Positions 30,158 through 40,120 of a DNA stretch of 64,000 nt are shown here, piece by piece. The stretch comes from Spirochaetota bacterium (lineage in GTDB: Bacteria; Spirochaetota; UBA4802; UBA5550), in assembly GCA_050298055.1 (NCBI GenBank), contig JBNKTL010000028.1, positions 1 through 64,000 on the forward strand. The letters are read 5' to 3'. Made by a program: the position numbers and the translations under genes. Position 1 is the first letter of the stretch; the number at the start of each line of letters is the position of its first letter. Below the pieces are notes generated by a model. It did no database searches. It saw only the letters and a program-made list of their open reading frames with translations, and was not told where the DNA came from.

Positions 30158-30499
30158 TTATTTCTTCATATATTTTTTTTCAAAATCATCCTTTGAAATA
30201 ATTTCAAAAAGAGTATCCACCTGCGCAATATAGAGCAATTCAAGGATCCTTGCCGGTACACTATAGAGTATCAGCTTTTTTGTACTGTCGGCAAACTTGG
30301 TTTTAACCTTAACCAGGAAGCCAATACCTGTTGAATCGATGTTTTCCAGTCCATCCAGGTTGCATGCCAGTATATCCGATTCCCTGCTAATAGCATCTTT
30401 TAAGTCTTCCTCTATATCATGAAAATTCGCAGATGTGAGTTCACCGTAAAAGAATACAATAATAATATCATTTTTCTTTTCGAAATATACGTTAATCAA
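30158..30499 (-). CDS. STAS anti-sigma antagonist, paralog 3
   Basis: GELTSANF, IDSTGIG; TTG start. Confidence 0.9.
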   Translation of the reverse strand: MINVYFEKKNDIIIVFFYGELTSANFHDIEEDLKDAISRESDILACNLDGLENIDSTGIGFLVKVKTKFADSTKKLILYSVPARILELLYIAQVDTLFEIISKDDFEKKYMKK

Positions 30500-30560
30500 A
30501 ATATCATCCTCTCTTATCTGTCAAATTTAAAAACCTATTGACATATTTTATGGAAAATTT

Positions 30561-30902
30561 CTACGAAATGAGATACTCATCTTCAAATTCCTCTGCAGAC
30601 ATCAAGGTAAAGAACCGGTCAATTCCGGCTATAACAAAAAGTTCCAGAACCTTTTGAGGTATGCTGTAGATCACAAAATCAATATTATTGCTGGTTGCTG
30701 TTTTTCTTATTTTTATCAGAAAGCTGATGCCGGTGGAATCGATGATATCCAGTCCATTAAAATTTAATGCAATAATTCTCGGATTCCTGTTGAAAACTTC
30801 CTGAATTTCTTCATCAATATCGTAGAAGTTTGCGGACGCGAGCTCTCCGAAAAAATAGATTATGAAAAGATCATCCTTCTCTTCAACAGTTACTTTAACC
30901 AA
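30561..30902 (-). CDS. STAS anti-sigma antagonist, paralog 2
   Basis: GELASANF, IDSTGIS; TTG start. Confidence 0.9.
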   Translation of the reverse strand: MVKVTVEEKDDLFIIYFFGELASANFYDIDEEIQEVFNRNPRIIALNFNGLDIIDSTGISFLIKIRKTATSNNIDFVIYSIPQKVLELFVIAGIDRFFTLMSAEEFEDEYLIS

Positions 30903-30928
30903 CTTTCTTCTCCCATAAAAAATTTCCG

Positions 30929-31273
30929 TTACTTTTCAACAAGATATTCTTCTGTAAATTCATCTTTGGACATTATCGTAAAAAGATGATCCATACCGGC
31001 AATACAGATAAGCTCAAGCACCCTGATCGGGATGCTGTAAAGTATGAGTCCTACATCATTATCCAGAGCTTTTGTCCTTAACTTTACCATGTACCCTATA
31101 CCCGTGGAATCTATATCTTCCATTTCCTCAAAATTAAGGGCAATTAATCTTGGTTTTTTTTCAATCTCACGGTTCAGGTCTTCTTCAATATCATGAAAGT
31201 TAGCTGAGACAAGTTCACCAAAAAGGTAAATAATGATCAAGCCTTCTTTGCTTTCAATTGTAAGTTTTATCAA
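30929..31273 (-). CDS. STAS anti-sigma antagonist, paralog 1
   Basis: GELVSANF, IDSTGIG; TTG start. Confidence 0.9.
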   Translation of the reverse strand: MIKLTIESKEGLIIIYLFGELVSANFHDIEEDLNREIEKKPRLIALNFEEMEDIDSTGIGYMVKLRTKALDNDVGLILYSIPIRVLELICIAGMDHLFTIMSKDEFTEEYLVEK

Positions 31274-31371
31274 AACCCGGCTCCTTTTTATTACCTAAAT
31301 ACTTCACTTCATTAAACTTATCAAGTAAAAATTAATTCATAACGACCCGGTTCTGTATGAAAATATTAATA

Positions 31372-31495
31372 GTAACTACTCAGCTATATGAATAAAATTG
31401 CGCATTTGCTAAAAGATTAACAATTTGTCCCCGCCGCGGTCAGTGAAGGGGATATATCAGTTATGTTTTTCAATTGAATATATTTAACTCATAAC
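31372..31495. repeat. Palindromic intergenic element family, copy B (right end degenerate; extra left end at ~31339)
   Basis: gtaactactcagctatatgaataaaat...tttgctaaaa...tgtccccgccgc-N10-gggga-N7-gttatgtttttca. Confidence 0.7.
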
Positions 31496-31512
31496 ATAAA
31501 TAAAAAAATATA

Positions 31513-32967
31513 CTATGGTATATCAAGGCCGACCATACAGATATCATCATGAAAGTTTTCCGATCCGTGGAAACTGACGATTTCATCATATAAAAGTTTT
31601 ATAAATTGTTCCGCTTTCAGATTTCTGTTTTCATACATAATCTCTTCCATAAAATCTGAAAAGTAAATTTTTTCTGTTCCGTTTTTTCTCACATCTGTCA
31701 GACCATCGGTATAGAAGAGTATTTTACTCTTTTCCGGAATCTCCTTTTCAGCGGTTTTAAAAAAACAGTTCATTGCTCTCTGCTCTTCTCTGTCCATGGC
31801 GCCAAGGGGTATTGATTTCCCTCCTGTGAGTTTTTCAATACCGCCATCGGATATTATGTAGGGGGGCATATGCCCCGCATTGGAAAAGATCATGGTTTTA
31901 TTTTCACTGTTATAAATCCCGTAAAATGCCGTTACGAATCCAGTCATAAAACCCCGGGGCATAAACTGGGCAAGGTTGTCATTGAGATATTCCATCAGGT
32001 CCGCAGGGTCTTTCAACCTGCTGTATATGCTCAGGACCATGCTCTTCTGCATGGAAGAGATCAGTGCCGCAGGAACTCCATGTCCTGCGACATCACTTAT
32101 GAATATCCCGGTTTTTTCTTTTTCTCTGAACTTCAGAAAATCGAAAAAGTCTCCTCCCACCGGGGCCATGGGCCTGTAGATTGAATAGAAATTTTCACCT
32201 GAATTTCCCGCAGGGACAAGTTTCTGCTGGATCTTCCTTGCCATTTCAAGTTCTTCATTGAACTGGTCAATATAAATCTTCAGTTCATTTCTCTCGTTTT
32301 CAAGGTCACTGTTTTTATTAGTGATCTGGACCTGCTGACAGAAATCCCTCCTTGCATAATCTTCAAGGAGGTAACAGACCAGCATTCCTATGATATTGGA
32401 GGAGATAAAGAAAAAATTGTTGCTTAAGAATATTCTGAAGGTCTTTTCCGATAAAAGCATCTCCTGAAAAAAAATTGCATTAATCTCATAACTGATGACT
32501 ATGGTCCAGCTCACAAAAACGGCAAACTTGAATTTAAGCCGGGAAAATGTATATATCCACATGATAACAAGTATCAGGCCGGCATAGTAGAAACCTGTTT
32601 CCGCATCATCAGATATGGCAATCATCATGATAATTCCCAGACCGGCTGTTAATGCAACAACACTCATGAGGTAGGGCATTAATTTCTTGAATATTCCGGT
32701 ATAAGAGAGTGCAAGCACTGATAGAATAACCGGGGTGACAATCCCGTACCTGATGAACCATATGGTACCCCTGGAATTTTTGACAATGAAGCTGTCCAGT
32801 ACACCGAAACCGGCATAGAGAATCACTCCCAGTACAAGCGATATCCTTATAATATATATGGATTTTGAAAAGTAATAGTTGGAGAATTCCTTTTCTGTCT
32901 CTTTATCCGGAAGAGTATTCGGAGTCTGTTCACAGGATTTTTCTTTTTTTCCCTCTTCTTTCACCAT
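31513..32967 (-). CDS. Membrane-bound PP2C/SpoIIE-family phosphatase
   Basis: Multiple TM helices; ARKIQQKL, VGGDFFD, ISDVAGHG, NAGH, YTDGL, DDIC. Confidence 0.93.
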   Translation of the reverse strand: MVKEEGKKEKSCEQTPNTLPDKETEKEFSNYYFSKSIYIIRISLVLGVILYAGFGVLDSFIVKNSRGTIWFIRYGIVTPVILSVLALSYTGIFKKLMPYLMSVVALTAGLGIIMMIAISDDAETGFYYAGLILVIMWIYTFSRLKFKFAVFVSWTIVISYEINAIFFQEMLLSEKTFRIFLSNNFFFISSNIIGMLVCYLLEDYARRDFCQQVQITNKNSDLENERNELKIYIDQFNEELEMARKIQQKLVPAGNSGENFYSIYRPMAPVGGDFFDFLKFREKEKTGIFISDVAGHGVPAALISSMQKSMVLSIYSRLKDPADLMEYLNDNLAQFMPRGFMTGFVTAFYGIYNSENKTMIFSNAGHMPPYIISDGGIEKLTGGKSIPLGAMDREEQRAMNCFFKTAEKEIPEKSKILFYTDGLTDVRKNGTEKIYFSDFMEEIMYENRNLKAEQFIKLLYDEIVSFHGSENFHDDICMVGLDIP

Positions 32968-33088
32968 CAGGTACCTGAAATTTTTTTTATGAGTACCTCA
33001 AAAAATTAAATTTTTCATATAAACGCACCCTCATGGAGCTTTTTTGATATTAATCCAGAAAGGTTCCCATTGCATAGATATCTATTTT

Positions 33089-33220
33089 GTAACGACTCAG
33101 TTATATGGCCAAAATAAACCTGTTTGCTAAAATACCAACCCTGGTGCTGTCGATGACGAAGACATGCCCGTTATGTTTTTTCATGAATATAATTATTCTT
33201 ATACTCCGCTGAGCAGTTAT
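33089..33220. repeat. Palindromic intergenic element family, copy C
   Basis: gtaacgactcagttatatggccaaaat...tttgctaaaataccaac...gttatgtttttt...attcttatactccgctgagcagttat. Confidence 0.75.
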
Positions 33221-33354
33221 ATTTTTTATATACGGAATATCCTTTTTCAATATATATAAATTTTTTCATAAAGTCAACGTCATTTTCAGATATTTAACCG
33301 GGAGATGAAAATTTTAAGAATAACACAACAGACTGTATATGATTTTGGGGAAAT

Positions 33355-34680
33355 TCAGAGAAAAAGATCGTTGATAAACTCGGAAAGGTCAAGAAGGTTG
33401 TTGACCTCTCTCATTTCTTTGCAGAAGGGTTTGTAGAGAGACGCAATGCTGTCCCCCCAGTCCCAGAGACTCATCTTTTCCGGGTTGAGCCAGATTATCT
33501 CCCTGCTCCTCTCACCAATCTCCCGGAAATAATTAAGTCCGGGACCCTGGTAGTTGTTCCGCGCGTCTCCCAGTATGAGAACAGTGGTCCTGCTGTTCAG
33601 GGAATCACTGTAGTTTTCAAGGAATTCCCTGAAGCTCTTACCGTAGTTACTCCCCCAGCCGTAGGTAAACTCCTCATCGGTGAAGATGGAATTTATTGCG
33701 GTTTCAGGGGCTGTTTCCCTGAACAGGTCGGTAATTTCAACCATACTGCTGATAAACGCGAATGTTCTCACGCGGGAAAACAGGTTCTGGAGAATACTGG
33801 TCAGAAGGAGCATGAACCGGGAATAAATATTTACTGATCCGGACACATCACAGAGAGCTGTAAGCTGGGGCCTCATGATCTTTCGGTCCCTGCAGTAGAT
33901 CCTGAAGGGAAGACCTCCTGTGCCCGTACTCTTTCTCAGGGTACGTTTGATATCAAGCCCTCCCCTCTTCACCCTTTTTTTTCTCAATGATATCCTGTTT
34001 TTAAGCTTCTGCCCGAGGCGGCGAAGGATCTCCTCAATCTCCCGGATCTCTTCCTTTGTCAGCCTGTATATATATCTCTGAAGAAGATACTCCTCCCTCT
34101 CCCTCACCTTTTTCCCCGCGCCCCCCTTCCCGGCCGTTTCATCCAGGACCCTCCGGACAAAGGCTTCTTTTTCACCGGGAGATTCATTCAAGCCGGGGAA
34201 GGACTTTTCCAGAAGCTGCTCCATATTACGGATAATGGCCCTTGCAGCCGAAGAGAGGCCCTCCAGGGGAAGTAAACCTTCACCGCCGAGGAGAGAATTC
34301 ATGATACCTTCAATAACCGGGAAAAGATCCGGTGTACCCCGCAGTTCATCGGCAAGATCTGAGGCCAGTCCCTCAAGGAGCAGGGCGTCTTCAGTTTTGA
34401 CCGGGCGCTCTTTCCCCTCTGGGACCTCCCTTCCGGTTTTCCGGAAGGAAAAATTGAAATAATTCTCAAAGCATTTTTCGAAGAGGGGGATATCGGTATA
34501 GTCCTTAATCAGCGTGGTTTTCAGCGCCTGTTTGAAGCTCTCCTTATAGGCAAGTGAAATATAATCCAGTGCCTTAAACATGTCCAGGGTCTCGGATGTT
34601 GATACGGGGATATCGGCATCTCTCAGGACCCCGATAAAGCCGGAAAGCTTTTTGAAAACAGATGGGTGGGAATTCTGCAT
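33355..34680 (-). CDS. CoxE-like VWA domain protein
   Basis: LDIKRTLRKS, LCDVSGS MIDAS motif, ILGDARNN, IWLNPE. Confidence 0.9.
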   Translation of the reverse strand: MQNSHPSVFKKLSGFIGVLRDADIPVSTSETLDMFKALDYISLAYKESFKQALKTTLIKDYTDIPLFEKCFENYFNFSFRKTGREVPEGKERPVKTEDALLLEGLASDLADELRGTPDLFPVIEGIMNSLLGGEGLLPLEGLSSAARAIIRNMEQLLEKSFPGLNESPGEKEAFVRRVLDETAGKGGAGKKVREREEYLLQRYIYRLTKEEIREIEEILRRLGQKLKNRISLRKKRVKRGGLDIKRTLRKSTGTGGLPFRIYCRDRKIMRPQLTALCDVSGSVNIYSRFMLLLTSILQNLFSRVRTFAFISSMVEITDLFRETAPETAINSIFTDEEFTYGWGSNYGKSFREFLENYSDSLNSRTTVLILGDARNNYQGPGLNYFREIGERSREIIWLNPEKMSLWDWGDSIASLYKPFCKEMREVNNLLDLSEFINDLFL

Positions 34681-34686
34681 GTTCTC

Positions 34687-35595
34687 TCAACCGGGTATAA
34701 TGGATTCCAGGTTCTTATTTACCTCCCCGATGTCCTTCCTGTATTTCAGGATAATATTCAGGGTTCCGGATGCCGCTTCCCTGCTCAATGAATCGTGCCC
34801 CATAATGACAAGCGCCCCGGCCCAGTCCAGGGTCTCACTGATACTGGGCGCTTTTTTCAGGGTCAGTTCCCTTATCTTGTTAACTGCCTTCACCACATCT
34901 TCCGCGAGTTTCCTGCTGCAGCCGGGGACCTTGAGCAGTACAATCTCCTCTTCCACCTCCCGGGGGGGGTAGTCGATATAGAGGTGAAGGCATCTCCTTT
35001 TCAGGGCGTCGGACATCTCCCGGGCGCTGTTGGATGTGAGGAGCACAAAAGGTTTCTCCTCCGCCTTAAATGTGCCGATTTCAGGGATTGTAACCTGAAA
35101 ATCGGAGAGGACTTCAAGGAGGAAGGCTTCGAACTCCTGGTCTGATTTATCGATCTCATCTATGAGGAGGAGAGACTTTTCAGGCCCCGATATGGCCCGC
35201 AGAAGCGGCCGGGGAACAATGAATTTCTCCGAGAAAAAAGCGCTTTCTTCCCGGGAAATACGGTTTACCGCGCCCGCAAGGTCCTTCTCTCCTTCTATGA
35301 CCGCGTTGAGTTTTTCCCTTAATATCTGTGTATAGAGGAGTTGTTTTGAATACTCCCATTCGTAGAGTGACCTCGCTTCATCAAGACCCTCATAGCATTG
35401 AAGTCGTATCAGCGGATAGTCACAGGCCGCGGCAATTGTCTTACCCAGTTCGGTCTTCCCCACGCCCGCGGGACCTTCAACAAGGAGGGGCTTTTCCATG
35501 ACTGACGCCAGGTAGACCGTAGTGGCAATCTCAGCTGATGTCAGGTACTTTTCTCCCGCCAGCTTTTTTACAGTGTCTTCCGCATCTTTAAACAT
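34687..35595 (-). CDS. MoxR/CoxD-family AAA+ ATPase
   Basis: LLVEGPAGVGKT, RLQCYEGLD, LLIDEIDKSD, SDALKRRC. Confidence 0.95.
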   Translation of the reverse strand: MFKDAEDTVKKLAGEKYLTSAEIATTVYLASVMEKPLLVEGPAGVGKTELGKTIAAACDYPLIRLQCYEGLDEARSLYEWEYSKQLLYTQILREKLNAVIEGEKDLAGAVNRISREESAFFSEKFIVPRPLLRAISGPEKSLLLIDEIDKSDQEFEAFLLEVLSDFQVTIPEIGTFKAEEKPFVLLTSNSAREMSDALKRRCLHLYIDYPPREVEEEIVLLKVPGCSRKLAEDVVKAVNKIRELTLKKAPSISETLDWAGALVIMGHDSLSREAASGTLNIILKYRKDIGEVNKNLESIIPG

Positions 35596-35608
35596 AAAAA
35601 GTCTTCTC

Positions 35609-36673
35609 CTACAGTTTTGATACGATCAGATCTCCCATCTCCCCGGTACCCACCTTCTTTTTCCCTTCTGACATGATATCGCCGGTCCGATACCCCTCTC
35701 CCAGCACACCATTTATCGCATCAAAGATCGCCGCATACGCGTCATCCATGCCGAAACTGTACTTGAGCATCATGGCAGCGGAGAGTACCTGGGCAATGGG
35801 ATTCGCGATCCCCTTTCCCGCAATATCCGGCGCCGATCCCCCTGCAGGTTCGTAAAGCCCGAAACTCCCCTCTGAAAGGGACGCCGAGGGAAGCATACCC
35901 AGGGAACCGGTTATCATGGACGCTTCATCCGATATAATATCACCGAACATGTTTCCGCAGAGGAGAACGTCAAACTGTTTCGGGTCCTTTACAACCTGCA
36001 TGGCGGCGTTGTCAACGTAGATATGCTTCAGTTCCACTTGGGGGAATTCCCCGGACACATCGTTGACAATCTCCCTCCAGAAAACCATTGATGTGAGGAC
36101 ATTGGCCTTATCAACTGACGTGAGTTTTTTGCTGCGTTTCATGGCGGCTTCAAAGGCGACTTTTGCTATTCTTCTGATCTCTTCTTCCGTATAGACAAGT
36201 GTATCGTAGGCTTTGTTCCCCTCTCTCCCCTTGGGGGAACCGAAATAGATCCCGCCGGTAAGTTCCCGGACAATGAGAATATCGAAACCATCGCCGATGA
36301 TCTCCCTTTTGATGGGAGATGAATCAACCAGGTCTTTGAACACTATTGCGGGCCTGAGATTGGCATAGAGATTAAAGATCTTTCTCAGCGGGAGAAGTGC
36401 TCCTCTTTCAGGCTGTTCTTCCGGGGGGAGGTTTTCCCATTTGGGGCCTCCAACGGAACCGAAAAGTACCGCATCTGAATTTTTACAGGTTTCCACGGTA
36501 GAATCCGGAAGGGCTTTACCCGTTTCATCAATTGCCGCTCCCCCCACCGGGGCCCTGCTGTATTCAAAGTCAATATTATATTTTTCAGATATCCTTTCAA
36601 GCACCTTCAGGGCCACATCCATCACCTCCGGGCCGATACCGTCACCGGGAAGAACCGCTATTCGTTTTTTCAT
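35609..36673 (-). CDS. leuB: 3-isopropylmalate dehydrogenase
   Basis: [45 protein letters not shown]. Confidence 0.97.
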   Translation of the reverse strand: MKKRIAVLPGDGIGPEVMDVALKVLERISEKYNIDFEYSRAPVGGAAIDETGKALPDSTVETCKNSDAVLFGSVGGPKWENLPPEEQPERGALLPLRKIFNLYANLRPAIVFKDLVDSSPIKREIIGDGFDILIVRELTGGIYFGSPKGREGNKAYDTLVYTEEEIRRIAKVAFEAAMKRSKKLTSVDKANVLTSMVFWREIVNDVSGEFPQVELKHIYVDNAAMQVVKDPKQFDVLLCGNMFGDIISDEASMITGSLGMLPSASLSEGSFGLYEPAGGSAPDIAGKGIANPIAQVLSAAMMLKYSFGMDDAYAAIFDAINGVLGEGYRTGDIMSEGKKKVGTGEMGDLIVSKL

Positions 36674-37144
36674 AGAACAATCTCCATACTATTTTTCTCA
36701 TAAATTATACATTTAATTAAAATGTCAATTGAAATAGCGGATATGTATGCCCCGGAATTTTTCTCCTGCAGGTTCAGGGCAAAAAAAAGCCCCTCACGAC
36801 AAAACCCAGTAGTCTGTTCGGGGCAAGGAAGTTAAATTCTAATAAGCTTAATAAGCTTGGTGTAAAATGATTACTTACCCTATCGGCATTAAATACCGAA
36901 AACTTGAGGATTTTAACCGGAAAGTGTGAATATAAAAGGAGACCACGATGTAACCATGGTCTCAATAAATTAGAAGGAGGTTCATGAAAAAAATTTGTAT
37001 CAGCCTTAATTTGTTATGAATCCTTACCATGCTTAAAGTTACAAAATTATGATTTTTTTTTGCTTGCTTTTTTTATTTTTATTAAATAAAAAAAGCGTAA
37101 AATCGGATCGTTATAAACGGATTTAGAATATCAAGGAGATTCAG

Positions 37145-38107
37145 ATGATAGCATACAAGGACTTGGGACTGGTAAACACCAGGGAGATGTTTAAAAAAGC
37201 AATCAATGGGGGATATGCAATACCTGCATATAATTTTAACAACCTGGAACAGCTGCAGGCAATAATCCAGGCCTGCGTGGAGACATCTTCTCCGGTCATT
37301 CTCCAGGTGTCCGCAGGGGCCAGGAAATATGCCAACCAGACACTCCTGAGATACATGGCTGAAGGCGCGGTCAGGTATGCAAATGAGCTCGGTAAAGATA
37401 TACCCATTGCTCTCCATCTTGACCATGGAGATACCTTTGATCTATGCAAAAGCTGTGTGGATACCGGGTTTTCATCAATAATGATTGACGGATCACACCA
37501 TGATTACGACGATAATATCGAGCTGACTTCAAAGGTCGTTGAATATTGCCATAAATATGATGTAACAGTTGAAGGAGAACTGGGTGTTCTGGCGGGAGTT
37601 GAAGACGATGTTTCCTCGGATAAACATATCTACACACAGCCGGACCAGGTTGAAGATTTCGTAAAGAGAACAGGTGTGGACAGCCTGGCTATTGCCATCG
37701 GGACATCCCATGGGGCCTACAAGTTCAAACCGGGATCAAACCCGGAGATCCAGCTTGATATTCTCCATGAGATTGAGAAGAAAATCCCGGGTTTCCCTAT
37801 CGTCCTTCACGGGTCATCATCTGTCCCCCAGGAACTGGTCAGGATCATTAACGAGAACGGCGGAAAAATGGAAAATGCCATAGGAATACCCGAAGACCAG
37901 CTCCGGAAAGCGGCAGAATCCGCTGTCTGTAAGATCAACATTGATTCTGACGGAAGGCTTGCGGTAACGGCCGCGGTGAGGAAGGTCCTCAATAACAATC
38001 CGGGTGAATTTGATCCCCGGAAATACCTTGGGCCTGCGCGGGAAGCTTTGAAAGAACTCTATATGCATAAAATAAAAAATGTTCTGGGATCAGAAGGCAA
38101 GGCATAG
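37145..38107 (+). CDS. fba: Class II fructose-bisphosphate aldolase
   Basis: ALHLDHG, MIDGSH, VEGELG, IGTSHGAYK, VLHGSS, KINIDSD. Confidence 0.96.
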   Translation: MIAYKDLGLVNTREMFKKAINGGYAIPAYNFNNLEQLQAIIQACVETSSPVILQVSAGARKYANQTLLRYMAEGAVRYANELGKDIPIALHLDHGDTFDLCKSCVDTGFSSIMIDGSHHDYDDNIELTSKVVEYCHKYDVTVEGELGVLAGVEDDVSSDKHIYTQPDQVEDFVKRTGVDSLAIAIGTSHGAYKFKPGSNPEIQLDILHEIEKKIPGFPIVLHGSSSVPQELVRIINENGGKMENAIGIPEDQLRKAAESAVCKINIDSDGRLAVTAAVRKVLNNNPGEFDPRKYLGPAREALKELYMHKIKNVLGSEGKA

Positions 38108-38128
38108 GAAAATAATTGGAGGTAAGGA

Positions 38129-38776
38129 ATGCTCGTTAAAGATATTATGACCACAAACGTGGTAAGTGTGGACAGCAGCACCACAATCGCGGACGCAAAA
38201 AAAATAATGGAAGCCCATAAAATACGCAGGCTCCCGGTGGTTAACAGGCACCGGCTTGCTGGAATTGTTACGGAAAGACACCTTGAACAGTTCACACCAT
38301 CCAAATCCACAACCCTCAGTGTCTGGGAAATCGGGTATCTCATGGGGAAAACCACTGTGGCGGAAATAATGGAAAAAAATGTGGTAACCGCATCCCCCGG
38401 TATGACCGTTGAGGAAGCACTCGCCCTGGCCCAGAACCACGGAGTGGGAGCGCTCCTTGTACTGGAAGATGACAGGGTTGTGGGTATAGCCACAACAAAC
38501 GACTTTTTCTATAAAATCGCCAACCCCGTTCTGGGGATAGGCATGCCCGGTACCAGGGTGGAGGTTATCGGCAAAGAGAATGAACCTGTTTTAGAGGATG
38601 TGGTTACCATTGCAAATAAAGAGGACATCAAGATCGTTACCCTTCATATCCTCCACCTTACCGAGACACCCGAAGGGGAGAAAGATATTGTCATCCACCT
38701 GGACACGGAAGATCCGACAAAATATAAAGAAGAAATGGAGAAAAAGGGATACAGGGTGATTCTCCGTACACGCTGA
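38129..38776 (+). CDS. CBS-pair + ACT-like domain protein (AcuB-like)
   Basis: MLVKDIMT, IRRLPVV, second CBS repeat, C-terminal ACT-like segment. Confidence 0.85.
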   Translation: MLVKDIMTTNVVSVDSSTTIADAKKIMEAHKIRRLPVVNRHRLAGIVTERHLEQFTPSKSTTLSVWEIGYLMGKTTVAEIMEKNVVTASPGMTVEEALALAQNHGVGALLVLEDDRVVGIATTNDFFYKIANPVLGIGMPGTRVEVIGKENEPVLEDVVTIANKEDIKIVTLHILHLTETPEGEKDIVIHLDTEDPTKYKEEMEKKGYRVILRTR

Positions 38777-38798
38777 GTTTTAATGATTACAGACCCGG

Positions 38799-39107
38799 TC
38801 AATTCTCGTTTATCTGTAACGGTTCAAATTTTTCCCAGCCTGAAGGGGGATGGATATCATTGATAACATCGGGGTCTGTTGTAATATCCGCTTCAAACCC
38901 CTCCAGGTCTTTTCGAGTGAAAAAACCCATCTCCCTTTTATTCGTATCGATAAGACCGTAATACATTATATTATTTTTTTCCCTGCTCTCCACCCGGAAT
39001 CCGTACCATTCGATTCCCGGGGGTGTTTTTGTAGCAAAAAAAATGCATGTGAAAACTTCTCCCGCCGGAGACCTGTACAGGGGAAACTCAGATTTTTTCT
39101 TTTTCAA
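38799..39107 (-). CDS. Hypothetical protein, weakly DUF2958-like
   Basis: EWY...YGLID...EMGFF...DLE pattern; TTG start. Confidence 0.55.
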   Translation of the reverse strand: MKKKKSEFPLYRSPAGEVFTCIFFATKTPPGIEWYGFRVESREKNNIMYYGLIDTNKREMGFFTRKDLEGFEADITTDPDVINDIHPPSGWEKFEPLQINEN

Positions 39108-39145
39108 TATCTATCCCTGTGAAAACGCATAAATACAGCCCGGTA

Positions 39146-39310
39146 TTACTTCACTGACCTGTTCTGGTATCTCAGTGTATTTGTTGCATCTCCCTTTCCA
39201 TCACTCACTGCCGGGTCGGGAACATCACTTCTGTTCTTATCTGAACAAGAGAGAGAAAAAATTGTCAGAGCAATCAGCATGACTGTAAATATTCCGGATA
39301 AGCGTATCAT
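39146..39310 (-). CDS. Small (54 aa) lipoprotein, below ORF-track cutoff
   Basis: GAGGAG RBS; MIRLSGIFTVMLIALTIFSLSC|SDKNRSDVPDPAVSDGKGDATNTLRYQNRSVK*; lipobox SLSC. Confidence 0.7.
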   Translation of the reverse strand: MIRLSGIFTVMLIALTIFSLSCSDKNRSDVPDPAVSDGKGDATNTLRYQNRSVK

Positions 39311-39404
39311 AAAAATCTCCTCTACACATTGTTGAATATTAAGTAATAAAAAATCATTTTAAAAATCAATTACTTTATTTATTACACTCAAGCCATAGTT
39401 AAAA

Positions 39405-39570
39405 ATAACTACTCAACCTGTATGGTTAAAATTTGTTATTTTTCTAAATTAATATTGTCATTCCCGCGAAAGCGGGAATCTATTCTTTTAGAAAAAGTGG
39501 ATCCCGGATCTTCGTTTCACTTCGGCCGGGATGACAGACTTGTTAGTTCTTAAAATATCTGAGTAGCAAC
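39405..39570. repeat. Palindromic element family, copy E, carrying a GTCATTCCCGCGAAAGCGGGAATC...GGGATGAC REP-like core (39456-39536)
   Basis: Ends ataactactcaacctgtatggttaaaat / ctgagtagcaac. Confidence 0.75.
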
Positions 39571-39693
39571 CATATTTATTAAAAATATAAACAAGATGAG
39601 TTGCTTCTATTAATTTACATTAATTCTCAGATTTCCTTGACGGGGGAAAAAACCTCTGTTAATATCTCATAAATTTGTATCAGGGAGGTTTTT

Positions 39694-39903
39694 ATGGAAA
39701 CAGCATACAAGGTTATTGAAGTCATTGGAACCAGCACCAAATCCTGGGAAGAAGCTGCTAACAGCGCAATTTCAGCAGCGTCAAAGTCTCTCAAGGACCT
39801 GCGTATTGCAGAAGTCAAAGAGATGGATATGAAAATAGAAGACGGGAAAATCGCAGCTTACAGAACAAAGCTCAACCTTTCCTTTAAACTTAATATTGAC
39901 TGA
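39694..39903 (+). CDS. Dodecin-family protein
   Basis: YKVIEVIGTS..SWEEAA..AI..A...L.DLRIAEV...YRTKL.LSFK. Confidence 0.9.
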   Translation: METAYKVIEVIGTSTKSWEEAANSAISAASKSLKDLRIAEVKEMDMKIEDGKIAAYRTKLNLSFKLNID

Positions 39904-40120
39904 TCATTCAAGAAGGTCATTGTTTTTTATTATGTATTGCGGCCACTCTCTGAAAGGTGGCTCTCTTTTTGGTCCTGCCATATTTAAAATCTAATATTCA
40001 ATTTCCAGATTTTTCAATAAGTTTATATTTACCTTGACATTATCAATACATTTTATTTTATGGTCATAAGTAAGCTGAATTTCTGATTCTTAATCAGCAA
40101 TACCATTTACAGGTTCTATT

